From a virus (lineage: Duplodnaviria > Caudoviricetes), in the IMG/VR virus record IMGVR_UViG_3300021400_001148, positions 1 through 64,000 of that record: a DNA stretch of 64,000 nt. The stretch is one strand, 5' to 3'. Under the pieces are notes generated by a model that was not told the DNA's origin, made no database searches, and saw only the letters and a program-made list of their open reading frames with translations. Of this stretch, positions 17,059 through 28,566 are shown in pieces. The translations under genes and the position numbers were made by a program. Every line of letters begins with the position of its first letter. Position 1 is the first letter of the stretch.

Positions 17059-18279
17059 ATGATTGAATTAACTTTTGAAGAAATACGAAAACGCGGACTT
17101 CTCCTTTATGAATATGTGAGGGGGAGTCATGCCTATGGCCTCCAGAAAGAGGATGGGACCAGTGATGTTGATACCGCCGGTGTCTTCATGGAGCCCGATG
17201 AATGGCTTGATGGGCTGGGATATGATTACAAAGAGCAGATTGCCGACGCAAAAAATGACAATGTATGGTATTCGTTCAGGAAATTCGTGTACCTTCTCAC
17301 AACAAGCAACCCCAATGCATTGGAGGCCTTGTTTGTTCCTGACGAATGTGTTTTGTATGAGCACCCCATTATGACGGAATTTAAGAAGCATCGCAACGAG
17401 TTTCTTACAAAACAGGCGTTTGGCCCTCTTCTTAATTATTCTGTCGCTCAAATCAGGCGGGCAAGGGGATTGAATAAAAAAATCAACTGGCAGGAGGTAA
17501 CGAGGAAAGACATTCTTGATTTCTGTTACACATTCAAAAATCAAGGGTCACAACCTATTAAGGAATACCTCGGCAAACACAAACTTGACCAACGATATTG
17601 CGGGCTTGTTAATATTCCCAATATGAAAGATGTGTTCGGTGTGTACTACGACTTTGCTGCTTATTTCAAGTTTGAGAAGATTGATTCCGCTCTTGACAGA
17701 TACAGCATACTGAAGCACTACGCCGGAGGTGACTATGATTTAGAAATCCACAAAATTGAGGATAGAATTACCCACAAGGAATTTTTTCACTACAAGGGTA
17801 TTGTGGAGCCAGACCAGATTGATAAGTCCAATGAAGTGCGGCTCACATCTATTCCAAAAGGCGAGAAGCCCATCTGTTTTATGACCTACAATAAGGATGC
17901 ATACACAAAGCATTGCAAGGACTACAAGGAGTGGTGTGAATGGGTTGAGAAACGAAATCCTGAGAGGTATAAAGAAAATAAGGAAAAGGATTTCGACCGC
18001 AAAAATATGGCCCACTCGGTGAGGCTTCTCCATATGGGTATAGAACTTGCTGAAACCGGAAGGTTCAATGTTGACCGCAGCAACATTGACAGGGATTTTA
18101 TCATGAATATCCGTCTTGGTAACGCGACTTACGATGAACTCATTACCTATCTTGAGTCTAGAAAGGATGAGATGGAAAAGGCGATGGCCAACTCGACACT
18201 TCCGGATGCGGTTGATATCAATAAGATAAATGACATCGTTATTGAAATTAGAAAAAAATTCAGAGAAGAATATGAATAA
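17059..18279 (+). CDS. Pol-beta-superfamily nucleotidyltransferase (YcgL/RlaP-like)
   Basis: GSHAYGL...SDVDTAGVF, NPNALEALF and KNMAHSVRLL motifs. Confidence 0.85.
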   Translation: MIELTFEEIRKRGLLLYEYVRGSHAYGLQKEDGTSDVDTAGVFMEPDEWLDGLGYDYKEQIADAKNDNVWYSFRKFVYLLTTSNPNALEALFVPDECVLYEHPIMTEFKKHRNEFLTKQAFGPLLNYSVAQIRRARGLNKKINWQEVTRKDILDFCYTFKNQGSQPIKEYLGKHKLDQRYCGLVNIPNMKDVFGVYYDFAAYFKFEKIDSALDRYSILKHYAGGDYDLEIHKIEDRITHKEFFHYKGIVEPDQIDKSNEVRLTSIPKGEKPICFMTYNKDAYTKHCKDYKEWCEWVEKRNPERYKENKEKDFDRKNMAHSVRLLHMGIELAETGRFNVDRSNIDRDFIMNIRLGNATYDELITYLESRKDEMEKAMANSTLPDAVDINKINDIVIEIRKKFREEYE

Positions 18280-18556
18280 AATTAAGTTTTTGGATGTATG
18301 GGCACCTTGGTGTGGTCCCTGTAGAGTTTACGGTCCTACATTTGAAAAAGTCTCCAAGATGGAGGAATTCAGTGATGTGACATTCGAGAAATTGAACGCC
18401 GATGAAGATGAAGCACTTGCAGCCAAATATGGCGTTAGGAACATTCCGGCAACTCTTGCGGTGAAGGTTGAAACTGATGAGGTGGTAGGCCGCCTTGCGG
18501 GCATTCAGAGTGAGGAAAACTTGATAAAGTTCGTAAAAGAAACCCTCAATAAATAG
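18272..18556 (+). CDS. trxA: Thioredoxin
   Basis: WAPWCGPC active site and YGVRNIP motif. Confidence 0.9.
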   Translation: MNKIKFLDVWAPWCGPCRVYGPTFEKVSKMEEFSDVTFEKLNADEDEALAAKYGVRNIPATLAVKVETDEVVGRLAGIQSEENLIKFVKETLNK

Positions 18557-18608
18557 TTGTTTTATGTGGAGAGAAAAAACTGGTAATGTGTCGGGCAACG
18601 GGCGGTTT

Positions 18609-19367
18609 ATGCAGCCCATCATATTCTATGATTTCGAAACAACCGACTCCAACCCCCAGACCTGCGGAATTCATCAGCTTTCTGGTGCCGTTATAGTAGA
18701 GGGCAAGGTTGTTGAGAGATTCAATTGGTTTGTCAAGCCGAAGGAGGGGTGCTCGGTGAGTCCGTATGCCATGTGGCTCGCATACAAGGCAAATGGTTTC
18801 GGTAGCGTAAAGGCAATGCGGGAATCTGAGATATATGAGCCGCAGGATGTGGTATACAACCGTTTTATCAGTCTTTTCACTAAGTACGGGGGTGATTATC
18901 GGGATGGCCATCCAAGATATGACAACCGTCCAATGCTCGGGGGATTCAACATCCACAAGTTTGATAACGAGGTCCTCCGGCAGTGGATGAAGGATAACAA
19001 CAGTCCCCATCAGTTGGGCCATTACATTGCTGACGGCTCAATAGACCTTCAACTCATTTGTGGTATTGTTCTTGGACGACAGTTGAGATGTATGAACAAC
19101 TTTAAACTCAAGGAAGTTGCGTGGGCACTCGGCGTAACGGTAGAGAAGGACAAACTGCATTCTTCAGACTATGACACCGAAATGTGTATTGGCATCTACC
19201 GGGCATTAATAAAGAAAGGTTTTATTAGGCCTATGAGTAATGAGGATTTTTTTGCGATACACTCACAGGAGGATATGGACAGGCACAATGATGAGCACTG
19301 GGAGGAAAAAAACAATCCCGACCCCGAAAAAGAGGAGTGGATTAAGAACTTTAAGGAAGACGAATAG
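18609..19367 (+). CDS. DEDDh 3'-5' exonuclease (DnaQ-like)
   Basis: YDFETT, GFNIHKFD and LHSSDYD motifs. Confidence 0.85.
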   Translation: MQPIIFYDFETTDSNPQTCGIHQLSGAVIVEGKVVERFNWFVKPKEGCSVSPYAMWLAYKANGFGSVKAMRESEIYEPQDVVYNRFISLFTKYGGDYRDGHPRYDNRPMLGGFNIHKFDNEVLRQWMKDNNSPHQLGHYIADGSIDLQLICGIVLGRQLRCMNNFKLKEVAWALGVTVEKDKLHSSDYDTEMCIGIYRALIKKGFIRPMSNEDFFAIHSQEDMDRHNDEHWEEKNNPDPEKEEWIKNFKEDE

Positions 19368-19375
19368 TTAGAATT

Positions 19376-19417
19376 GCGCCGGAAGCCGGAAACTTCCGGC
19401 GGATTTTTGTATATTTG
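19376..19417 (+). promoter_or_regulatory. GCGCC-N29-TAnnTTTG promoter with hairpin spacer
   Basis: GCGCC at 19376, TATATTTG at 19410; GCCGGAAG/CTTCCGGC hairpin. Confidence 0.7.
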
Positions 19418-19903
19418 CAAAAACGAAATTTATGACAATTGTACTTGGTATAGTCCTTTTTTTGGGATTTCTTAGTTCGATACTCCTTGTATTGAGTATC
19501 GTTGCGGATTTGGTATCAACAAGCAACATAACCGCGTTCTCGGAGGAACTGATTAAACAACTCAATGCAAACTCCGGGATGAGGGTTCTTTATGCTTTCG
19601 TGGCTTCCTTGTGCTGGACTTTGGCTATCCTGTGGCTATGAGGTATCGAAAGAGTTTGCTGAACAAGCCCCCAATAGAGTTGACCGATGAAGAATTGAAG
19701 GTAATGGGGAGGCACTTTTTAAAGCATCCATTGCAAGAAAAACCTATTCGTAATCTTCATAAATGCTTATATTGCCAGCATCTCATATGGTGGGATAACC
19801 TCGGTACAGTAGAATGGAAATGCCTTGAAAAAGACAAGATTTTTAATTGTAAGCAAATAACACACGCAAGATATTGCGAAGATTATAAAAGAGATGAGAT
19901 ATT

Positions 19904-20869
19904 GTGAAAACTGCAAAAGAGATGGGCGATAAATTCTATGTATCATTCGAGGCCGCAAAAGCCTTAAGGTGGGCTGGCTTTAATGAAGAAGTAAAAACTT
20001 ACTACACTTATGACGGAAAAGCACGGATTGCAAGTTCGCCTTTTAATTGGAACCAAACTGCTCCCGAAGGTTTGCTCCAAGATTACTCTCGGCCGCTTCT
20101 TGCTGAAGCCACCGAATGGCTTAAGAAAATGAAGGATGTTGGCATAGTGGTTTACAGGATATATAATACGATTCAGTATCGGTATTTTATATATGAAGGG
20201 ATAACCCTTACACTTTCAGATAAAACCGCTTTTTCTACACAGGAAGAGGCAATAAATGCTGCAATTATAGCATATCTTAATAATGAAGATAAAGCGGGAC
20301 CAATGGAGAACCACAGTCAATCTGATTTTGTAAGCCTCCTTAAAGAATTCAAGAATGAGTGTTGTAGTGAAGATTATCTTGCGGAATACTCTGAAAGAAT
20401 TTTGAACGCCGCGAAAGAGGAACTCAAAAAGCAAGGGTATTTTGTTTCTCACAACATAAATGCCGGAATGCAAAAAGAGGGCTGTTTGAAAGAACGCGTG
20501 GTTGCAACACTAATGGGTGTATTCAACGGATACTATGACGAGGATAGGGTGGCTACCAGGTACAACAATACCGCACAGGGCATCATTGATGATGTGGTAA
20601 AATCGTACTATCCAATGGCATTCAAGGGGCATAAGGATTATGAGAAGGGTTACGCCGATGGTAATACTGCAGCAAAAAACGCCATTCCCAAGTGGAAAAT
20701 TGCTGAAAGGGACTTCAATAGTGACACGATAGACTTTGCAATAAAATATAAGCATGATGGAGGGGATAATCCAGACTATGAGTCGGTTGAAGTAACAAAC
20801 CGCATTCGTAAGGGGGAGGAATATTTTGAACTCTCTGACCTCGGTAAAAAGATATTTTATACCAATTAA
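19904..20869 (+). CDS. Mosaic hypothetical protein
   Basis: N-terminal YVSFEAAKAL..GF module (as in 28208-28564) and C-terminal PKWK...LSDL module (as in 21320 and 24904). Confidence 0.7.
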   Translation: MKTAKEMGDKFYVSFEAAKALRWAGFNEEVKTYYTYDGKARIASSPFNWNQTAPEGLLQDYSRPLLAEATEWLKKMKDVGIVVYRIYNTIQYRYFIYEGITLTLSDKTAFSTQEEAINAAIIAYLNNEDKAGPMENHSQSDFVSLLKEFKNECCSEDYLAEYSERILNAAKEELKKQGYFVSHNINAGMQKEGCLKERVVATLMGVFNGYYDEDRVATRYNNTAQGIIDDVVKSYYPMAFKGHKDYEKGYADGNTAAKNAIPKWKIAERDFNSDTIDFAIKYKHDGGDNPDYESVEVTNRIRKGEEYFELSDLGKKIFYTN

Positions 20870-21319
20870 GTTATTATGGATATTAAGAGGACTTGCGAGA
20901 ATTGCACTAAATTATGGAGATGCATTCAAGGGCAAAACATTAGATTTTATGCGTGCAGAAATCACGAATATGATGAACAAAGGTTTGGAAAATTAAGAAA
21001 AGAATCCCACTGGTTTTGGGGAAACAAAGATAATTTGATATGGTAGCAGCTACTATTGTTGGTTTGGTAATGGGAATTTTCCTGTTTTTTCTTGCTGGTT
21101 TAATGGCCGGCAGAGATGATGAGTTTGGGATGGCGGGACCCATTCTATTTTTTGGTGCTCTTTTTTTTATATGCGGCATCGTGGGTGCCGTAAAAGTGGC
21201 GAAAAAAGAGGTACGAACAGACACAAAGCCGGTTATTACAGCCGAAATCAGACAAACGATAACAGGAAACGAAACACAGGCGGACACTGTTTATATTTAT
21301 CAATTTGAAAAATAAAAAC

Positions 21320-21943
21320 ATGAGGGTACAATTCAATCCGAAATATGTTCCCTACCTTTTATCGGGGGAATATTCTGTCACGACAAATGACGGAAGAGGT
21401 GCAAGATTCATTACTTTTGATGAGAAAGAAGGGCACTACCTTTTCTTCATAGAATACAGGGTTATCGGTGATTGTGAGCGTGAAACGTCTAGTGATGGTG
21501 GGTATCTACCGTTTGATGAAAATGGCAGATGCCTGTCTCCGACAACAGAGCCGTTGATTAATGACCTCTGGGTTATAGTGCCTGACCCGGAACTCTCAAA
21601 ACTTGAACAAAAAGTTTTGGAAGTGGCGTTTTTCAGCACAAACGAACATTCGGTTTCAATGGCGAAACAGCTTGCAGCAGAACTTCGGGATATCGCAAGA
21701 GAAGAGATTTTTGATAGTGACGAGACATTGAAAGAGTATGTCGGTGCAGCAAGGATGGAAGGGTACAAGGACGCCATAGAACAGATGCCGGTGTGGAAAA
21801 ATGTACCGGCCGACTCTTTATTCTTTGGTAATTTCTCAGGGTTTTCCATTGTTAATGGGGTTGTGTACGCCGATGGAAAGTATATTAACTGTGAAGACCT
21901 TAAAAAACTTCCCGGATGGGAACATCCGAGAAAGGAAGCCTAA
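21320..21943 (+). CDS. Hypothetical protein, paralog of 24904-25584
   Basis: MRxxFxxKYxP..SGEYxVxTxDGR N-terminus and DLxKLPG C-terminus. Confidence 0.7.
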   Translation: MRVQFNPKYVPYLLSGEYSVTTNDGRGARFITFDEKEGHYLFFIEYRVIGDCERETSSDGGYLPFDENGRCLSPTTEPLINDLWVIVPDPELSKLEQKVLEVAFFSTNEHSVSMAKQLAAELRDIAREEIFDSDETLKEYVGAARMEGYKDAIEQMPVWKNVPADSLFFGNFSGFSIVNGVVYADGKYINCEDLKKLPGWEHPRKEA

Positions 21944-22414
21944 AAATTTTTTAGTATATACAACATGTTCAGCAGAATAAAAGACATCCTTTTCAAGATA
22001 AAGGATTATGACAGGCTTGAGCACGATTACTCAACTTGTTTGTATTATTTTACCAATGGAAGACTAAGTAAGACGGGCTACGAGATTAAGACACTTGAGA
22101 CTTTAATCTGCGATACGATTAGCGAGTATGAGGAAGAAGGTTATAATCATGCAGTAGAGAAAGCAGTCAAGTGGCTTGGCGACAACGCCGATACATATAC
22201 TTGGTACGACGAGATGGAAGGTGAATCGGGTATGACACGTGAATTCATTCCAGATTTTAAAAACGCAATGGAAGTTGAATAATGGCAACTGCGAAATGCG
22301 GCTCAATATTCTCTTGGGACAGCCCAATGTGGCCTAAGGGAATAGACCACCAATATTGTGGAGATTGCCCGTGGTTTGAAGAAAACTCTAAAAACAACAT
22401 TTTTGACAGCGAAA

Positions 22415-22966
22415 ATGAAGACGATAACGATTACTGATGAAGAATATGCGTTCCTGAAAGAACTGCAGCACGAACTTAATACACAGGGAACTGATGGTAA
22501 TGCCGACCCCGTGTTTTGGGGTGTCCTCGAAGACAAGGAAGATGTAACCGCAGAAGGATATGGCGTACCAAAAATCGTTTGCGAGGAAAGTGTTTATACA
22601 CTCAAAGAGGCGGTTGACCACATCGAATGCCTTTTAGACGAAGATGAAAACTTCGCTGAACAGCGAGATGCATGGTGCGAAGTAGACAGGGGTGACATAG
22701 ATGCTGTTGCCAATTTTATGGAAAACGAAATTGGTGAAACAAGGGCTGAAGTGATTGACTTTGTGACAGTCCCTGAAATTTGCCGGTACACAGGGGCATT
22801 TCTTACAAAACGGGCGTGCAAGAAGTATATTGAAAAATACGGATACAACCACAATAATCCAAGGACATATGCGATGACAGCTTTCCGTAACTATGAACTC
22901 GAAAACCTGCTTAATATCCTAAAAAACTTAAATTTCAGCGACAGCAATGAAAATAAAAGTAAATAA
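22415..22966 (+). CDS. Phage hypothetical protein
   Basis: FLKELQHELNTQ..DGNADPVFW...FLTKRACKKYIE pattern. Confidence 0.65.
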   Translation: MKTITITDEEYAFLKELQHELNTQGTDGNADPVFWGVLEDKEDVTAEGYGVPKIVCEESVYTLKEAVDHIECLLDEDENFAEQRDAWCEVDRGDIDAVANFMENEIGETRAEVIDFVTVPEICRYTGAFLTKRACKKYIEKYGYNHNNPRTYAMTAFRNYELENLLNILKNLNFSDSNENKSK

Positions 22967-23138
22967 AAATCAAATGTTTGATGATTGGGACGACGAGGTT
23001 GCGAGATATCAAACTCCGGATACGGATATATCACATACTTGGGGACGAAGAGGTACATTCGAAAAGGTTGATGCAACAGTCGAGCAACTTCTTGATTTCA
23101 TTGATAAAGGCTATGGTATAAAAATCAATTGTTAATAT

Positions 23139-23600
23139 ATGGAAAGAAGGAATTTTATTAAAAAGATTTTTGGGTTGGGCGCTGCGGCTGCAGTGTCTGC
23201 TGTTCCGTTAATGGGGACGGGTAGAATTACTGAAGAGACATTCAAAATTGAGGATATTGCCGAGCAGGGCACAGGAAATAAAAATCTGTGGTACTTGAAA
23301 AAGGATAGCTGGCTCAACAAAGAACTTTCCAAAATCCTTGGGCAAAGAGTGGTGGAGAGAAACTATTTTTCATACTACGACCCGAAGCGTGATATGTTGA
23401 TTCCTGTAAAAGACGAATATACAAGGGAGGACTTTCAGGTTCTTCTTTTGTGGGCGGAGTCGGAATATGATTTCAATTATTACTGTGACGGGACGGCTAA
23501 TGGTGGTGTTGAAACTGGATTGTGCAGGTTTATAATCAATAGAACCGGTAACGCCTACACTGTTGATTTTTTCAGGGCAAGGAATCCTAAAGTTGTTTAA
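23139..23600 (+). CDS. Protein with twin-arginine-like signal peptide
   Basis: N-terminus MERRNFIKKIFGLGAAAAVSA. Confidence 0.6.
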   Translation: MERRNFIKKIFGLGAAAAVSAVPLMGTGRITEETFKIEDIAEQGTGNKNLWYLKKDSWLNKELSKILGQRVVERNYFSYYDPKRDMLIPVKDEYTREDFQVLLLWAESEYDFNYYCDGTANGGVETGLCRFIINRTGNAYTVDFFRARNPKVV

Positions 23601-23602
23601 AT

Positions 23603-23944
23603 ATGGAGAAGAACAAGTTTTTTGTGATAGTTTATGAACCGAACAGTAAAAAGTTCGAAACTTATGATGTGTTACCATATTTCCGCGATGAATACAAGCG
23701 TCGCGCCAATGGGGAGCGATATGATAAAAAGGTGCCTGAGACTTTTGAAGAGTTCCGTGAGTTTGTAAAAGACGAAGGAAAGTATCAGTTCTGGGCCAGG
23801 TGTGAGTATGAGATTATATTGGCAGACTGGCCGGTTCAGAAAACAGAGAAAAAAATAGATGTATGGGACCAAATCGAAAACAATCTTGATTTGGTGGCGA
23901 GGCTTCTTAAAGAGGATATAGAGAACTGCGCCGAAGATGAGTAG
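23603..23944 (+). CDS. Phage hypothetical protein
   Basis: YQFWARCEYEII..WP...KIDVWDQI pattern. Confidence 0.65.
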   Translation: MEKNKFFVIVYEPNSKKFETYDVLPYFRDEYKRRANGERYDKKVPETFEEFREFVKDEGKYQFWARCEYEIILADWPVQKTEKKIDVWDQIENNLDLVARLLKEDIENCAEDE

Positions 23945-23969
23945 GTTTCAACTAAAGTTTGTATATTTG
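23928..23969 (+). promoter_or_regulatory. GCGCC-N29-TAnnTTTG promoter
   Basis: GCGCC at 23928, TATATTTG at 23962. Confidence 0.7.
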
Positions 23970-24903
23970 CCATATGAAATATAGTGTATATATCGTGAAC
24001 TTGGACACGGATGATGCCATGTTTGTAAAGAGTTTTAGCAGCGAAAAATCCGCCAAGGCCTATATCAAAAGGCATGGTGGTACACCACCCGACGGGAACT
24101 CTGTATATATTGTGCAAAAAGAGGAGAATGTATGAGGTTTCACATTTATGGGCAGAAAAGCCTCATTGAACTCCCTAACGGTACAACAATAGAAGACCTG
24201 CGTTCGCTTGCAGTATTTAACCGAATTATTAAAAAATACTTAAAACTTTTAAAACTTGAGAACAATGGGAAAAAAAGATAAAGTCTTTAGGTTTCGCATA
24301 CTGGAAAAGACAAGGCGAAGTCTTTCGGATGACTTAGAAACAATCGTTGAGGACAAGGAGTACTACCTTTATAAAAAAGTGCCATGGTTTTTGGGCAGCT
24401 GGCTGGAAGTGTATCCTCAAGAGTATGATGGGGACTATTTTTTAAGTTTTGAAGATGCGCAAAGACGTGCATTTGAAGTGGCCGAAGATGAAAAACATTA
24501 CAGAATACATTACAGAATAGAAAAAAAGTTAAAACAACAACTTAAAACAACCGTAAAAATAGTCGACGATTTTTCAACCCCAGTTGAACCATGACGAACC
24601 AAAACTGTTTGAGATATGACACGCAGAGAAATGTTAATCCAAGAGGGTGCAAGAAATGCATATAGGGGTGTTTCCAATGAAGCAGTATCAGCGAGGACTG
24701 GTTACGCTCGAGGCTATAAGGAAGGATACCACCAGGCCGTGGCCGACACATGGGATTGGTTTGCTAAACATGTTACAGCCAGTATTGGGAAAAATATGGT
24801 TATTGATTTGCCCACATATTCCGATGTAATGAACAACTACTTGGAATATGTTGAAGTTGACCCCATGCTTAGGTGTAAAAAAGAAGATTAAACTATTTGA
24901 GAT

Positions 24904-25584
24904 ATGAGAATACCATTTGACATTAAGTACAGGCCGCAGATTGAAAGTGGGGAATATAAGGTAGAAACAAGAGATGGGAGACTGGCAAGAATTATTTGTT
25001 GGGATGCCAATTGTTATACGCCTATTGTTTTTCTCGCGACAGAGTATGATGATTTAGATGACATGGATAGGGAGTATCCATATTCTTGTAATAATTTTGG
25101 GAGGAATTTTTCTGTTAATCATCCCAATGACCTTTTCATCGTCACGCCAGAGGAAGAACTTACGGAGTTTGAGAAGGAATTGGAGAGTTTCTACAATCAT
25201 CATTTGCAAGTATGTTCCTACGACAATCAAGGAACGGTAGAGGATAGTTTGCACGATGGGGCTTCTAAACTTCTCGCCCTTGCAAGGAAAGAACTACTAT
25301 CAGAAAAGATGTTTATTGAACAGACCTATAATCCTGACATAAATAAAGCCCATGAATTAGGCAGGAAGGAAGGTATTATGCTTGGCAAGGCCGAAGCCTT
25401 GAAGGACTTGCCGAGGTGGAAGAAATGGGGAAATGGTGCGTGTGGGAACGGTATAGGGATTCCTATTGCCATTGTAAAACGAGAATTAGGCAACTATAAA
25501 CTTGTTGATTCGCTTGGTATCCAAGACGAACAGTATATTATGCTTTCCGACCTCGAAAAACTTCCCGGTTTCAAGGAGGACTGA
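24904..25584 (+). CDS. Hypothetical protein (MRIPFDIKYRPQIESGEYKVETRDGR family)
   Basis: Paralogous modules shared with 21320 and 19904. Confidence 0.7.
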   Translation: MRIPFDIKYRPQIESGEYKVETRDGRLARIICWDANCYTPIVFLATEYDDLDDMDREYPYSCNNFGRNFSVNHPNDLFIVTPEEELTEFEKELESFYNHHLQVCSYDNQGTVEDSLHDGASKLLALARKELLSEKMFIEQTYNPDINKAHELGRKEGIMLGKAEALKDLPRWKKWGNGACGNGIGIPIAIVKRELGNYKLVDSLGIQDEQYIMLSDLEKLPGFKED

Positions 25585-25587
25585 GAA

Positions 25588-25875
25588 GTCAATTACCCAC
25601 GAATGAATTCGTGGGCTTGACGGAAGCCCGAGGCTCCCATCGATTGGGCGATTGACAGCGCCCTGGTAAATCCTCCGCATTGAAAAACTGTTGTCCACGC
25701 GATGCGTGGTGCCTTGAGCGGATGCTGTTTTGATTTTACCGGCGGGCAGACAGCCCCGCCGAACTGAATATCAAAGAGCTTTTTTAATACAAATATTATA
25801 ATAAACTAAAAAAAAAAGAGTTAACCGCAATTCCTCCCAACGGCTAAAGCCGTGGGTTTCCTTGCGGTGGATATC
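25588..25875 (-). mobile_element. Non-autonomous IS200/IS605 (TnpB omegaRNA-type) cassette, copy 2
   Basis: Near-identical to copy 1 apart from loss of a ~28-nt internal hairpin; followed on + strand by ATGA, the start of a 47-aa ORF. Confidence 0.85.
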
Positions 25876-26019
25876 ATGAAAATAGATTATAAGCGGGTAA
25901 AAAACGATTTTGTATATTTTGCTACTCATTGCATCGTTGACGCCAAAACAGGCAAATCGTTCAAATGGAGTTCCTTGCAACTAAAACAACTAATCGAATT
26001 TAAAAAAAGCCATGAGTAA
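25876..26019 (+). CDS. Small hypothetical protein (MKIDYKRVKNDFVYFATHC...)
   Basis: Hand-translated 47-aa ORF starting at the ATGA target and overlapping the next start. Confidence 0.45.
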   Translation: MKIDYKRVKNDFVYFATHCIVDAKTGKSFKWSSLQLKQLIEFKKSHE

Positions 26020-27233
26020 AAGAACAGAAAGACTATTGGGGTGCGAGATTGAATTTCCGCACTTCGGCGCGAATTATCCCGATGCGAGATGCATAGACGG
26101 ATATCTGTGGGACTTGGATTCTTGCGATGGTGACTATCTAACTATTGGCGGTGATGACCCGTGTCCATTCTGTAATACTGAGGAATGGCTTAAGGGAGTT
26201 CTTGATGATGAATCTTTCGCAAGTCGTGAAGATGCTTTGGCTTGGGTTGATAAAATGAGAAAGAGATATGAGTAAAAGAGCAGAAAAAGCAGCGATGAGA
26301 GTTCTCCCTGATTATCCGCTAAACGGAAATATTAAAGTTGATTTGGCACTTTATAGGACGCTATATCAGCGCGGCTACGAGCAGGCGGAGAAAGAAACGA
26401 TTGAAAGAGCTGTAGAATATATCAAGTCAACGAAAATTTTTGGTAGATGTTTTCCCGAAGATTTTCGCGAAGCTTTGGAGAAAGAATAACAGACAAACCA
26501 AATTAAAGAAAAAATAATGATACACTATGAGGCAGGACTTGGAAGTTGGACATATGACTTCCTTGATAGAATTTTTGATACTGATGTTAGAATCGGAGTG
26601 CCCTATGTAATTAACAAAGATGAATATTTCGAGATGTTGAAGGCATATGGCATTGAATCTAGAATTAAAAATACAGCTGTTGTCACTTTTTCGGCTGATG
26701 TAATTTATGAAGACAAAAATGGCAACACCATCTACAGCGAAACCCTTCCGGAAGAGCATAAAATTGCTCACCGTGCTTTTTTTGTTTTTCCAAAGGGCTC
26801 ACCCGAAGGGAGTGGCGATTTTTATGATTGCATCCAGTTTGGATATTACAATAATGAAAAACTAAGTTTAGAAAATTACGAAGAGTTCGTTCGTGGTTTG
26901 CTAAGGTGCGTAAAATACCCCTCAATCCAGCATAGTAAGGATTTGATATGTGAAAAAATACAGGAACTTGAAAAAACAACGCACGAAATATCTGAACTCA
27001 ACAAAATTGTATACTAACATGGCAATGGAAGAATAGTTAAAAATTATGAGTAATATTATTCCAAATTTGGTTTGTCCAAAATGTATGAAATCATTTGAAG
27101 ATTGTGAGGATTATTCCTCATATCATAATAGAGTAAGATATATATGCCCACATTGTGGATATGTTGCCGATAGTATTGAATTTGAAACTTCTTATAAATG
27201 GCATCCAATACATAAAGATTTATCTGATTAAAT

Positions 27234-27275
27234 GCGCCTATTCTTTTGAGAATAGGTTTTTTTTTAGTATATTTG
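27234..27275 (+). promoter_or_regulatory. GCGCC-N29-TAnnTTTG promoter with hairpin spacer
   Basis: GCGCC at 27234, TATATTTG at 27268; CCTATTCT/AGAATAGG hairpin. Confidence 0.7.
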
Positions 27276-27462
27276 CACTATGACAGTTGGGGAGTTAATA
27301 GAAAAGCTAAAGGAATTTCCACAAAACATGCCCGTAGCGTGCTGTGGGGAGATGTATTATCCACCCGAAAATTATAAGGTAGAGGTAACACGAAAGACAT
27401 GGGTGGACAGTAACTACCCCTATAATCGTCCAGATTTTGAATATATTAATTTAGAATAGAAT

Positions 27463-27918
27463 ATGGAACAAACACTATTTAACGATATTTGCACAAGACT
27501 TCCGTATGGATTAAAGTGCCAATATAAGGCACCATTAGAAGGGGCGTTTGCTGATAAGCCGGAATATTATGATGTAATAGGGATACCGGATGCTAATAGC
27601 GTTGATATTATAGCATGCGGTAAGTACAGATTTGCAAAGGTTCCGATTGATGATATCAAACCCTATCTCCGTCCAATGTCAAGTATGACAGATGAAGAAT
27701 TTCTTGCTCTTCAAGATATGTGTATGTATAAAAATTTGGAATATGAATCAAATATTAATAAATTTTATACTCTATGGAAGAGAAAAAAAGATGTTCCTTT
27801 TTATATGTACGATTCTAATCAAATTGATTATTTGATTTCTCATTATCTTGATTATCGTGGTCTTATCCCTATGGGTCTTGCTCTTGAAGCAAAAGAAGGA
27901 ATGTATAAAAATTTTTAA
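27463..27918 (+). CDS. Phage hypothetical protein (RLPYGLK...IKPYLRPMSSMT...GLALEA.EGMY family)
   Basis: Recognisable motif family; the C-terminal module is repeated in the next small ORF. Confidence 0.7.
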   Translation: MEQTLFNDICTRLPYGLKCQYKAPLEGAFADKPEYYDVIGIPDANSVDIIACGKYRFAKVPIDDIKPYLRPMSSMTDEEFLALQDMCMYKNLEYESNINKFYTLWKRKKDVPFYMYDSNQIDYLISHYLDYRGLIPMGLALEAKEGMYKNF

Positions 27919-28207
27919 AATATGAGTTGGAATTTTTACCCAGAAGATAGGTTTTCATCTTACAATGATTATGTAAAGTATCTTAAAGAAAGGGGCTTTG
28001 CCCTGGAAGCACCTGAAGGAATGTATAAAACTGAATAAGCATGTTTTGGGTTTATGTACTCATAGTCGTAGGATTATTATTAGGCTTATATCTTTCGTAT
28101 AGAGCATTGAAGTCCGACACCGATGAAGAGGCAGTGTTTTTTTGTTTATTAAGTGGGGCAGTTCTTGGTTTTTCCATTCTCGGAATAATAGGAATATTAA
28201 GTTAATT

Positions 28208-28564
28208 ATGGTGATAGAAGATTATATCAGTTTTGAAACGGCAAAACTCCTGAAGAAAAAGGGATTTTCATCAGATAATTGTCACACGGCGTATGATAAA
28301 AACGGTGGTTTCTTTTGGTATGGTGACTACTCAAAAGACAGAAGAGATGTTATAGATGCTCCAACTCTTCAAATGGCAATGAGGTGGCTGAGGGAAGTAC
28401 ATAACATCTTCATTCAAGTTGAGTTATACAGTAAGTACGACAACTATTGCTTTGAGCTTTTCCAGAACACACATAGGCTAATAATAGAGCATCGCGAGGT
28501 GTACAATTCTTATGAAGAATCCTGCGAAGCAGCTATCAAGTATTGTCTTGAAAATTTGATATAG
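28208..28564 (+). CDS. Phage hypothetical protein (EDYISFETAKLLK.KGF...APTLQMAMRWLRE family)
   Basis: Module shared with 19904-20869. Confidence 0.7.
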   Translation: MVIEDYISFETAKLLKKKGFSSDNCHTAYDKNGGFFWYGDYSKDRRDVIDAPTLQMAMRWLREVHNIFIQVELYSKYDNYCFELFQNTHRLIIEHREVYNSYEESCEAAIKYCLENLI

Positions 28565-28566
28565 AT

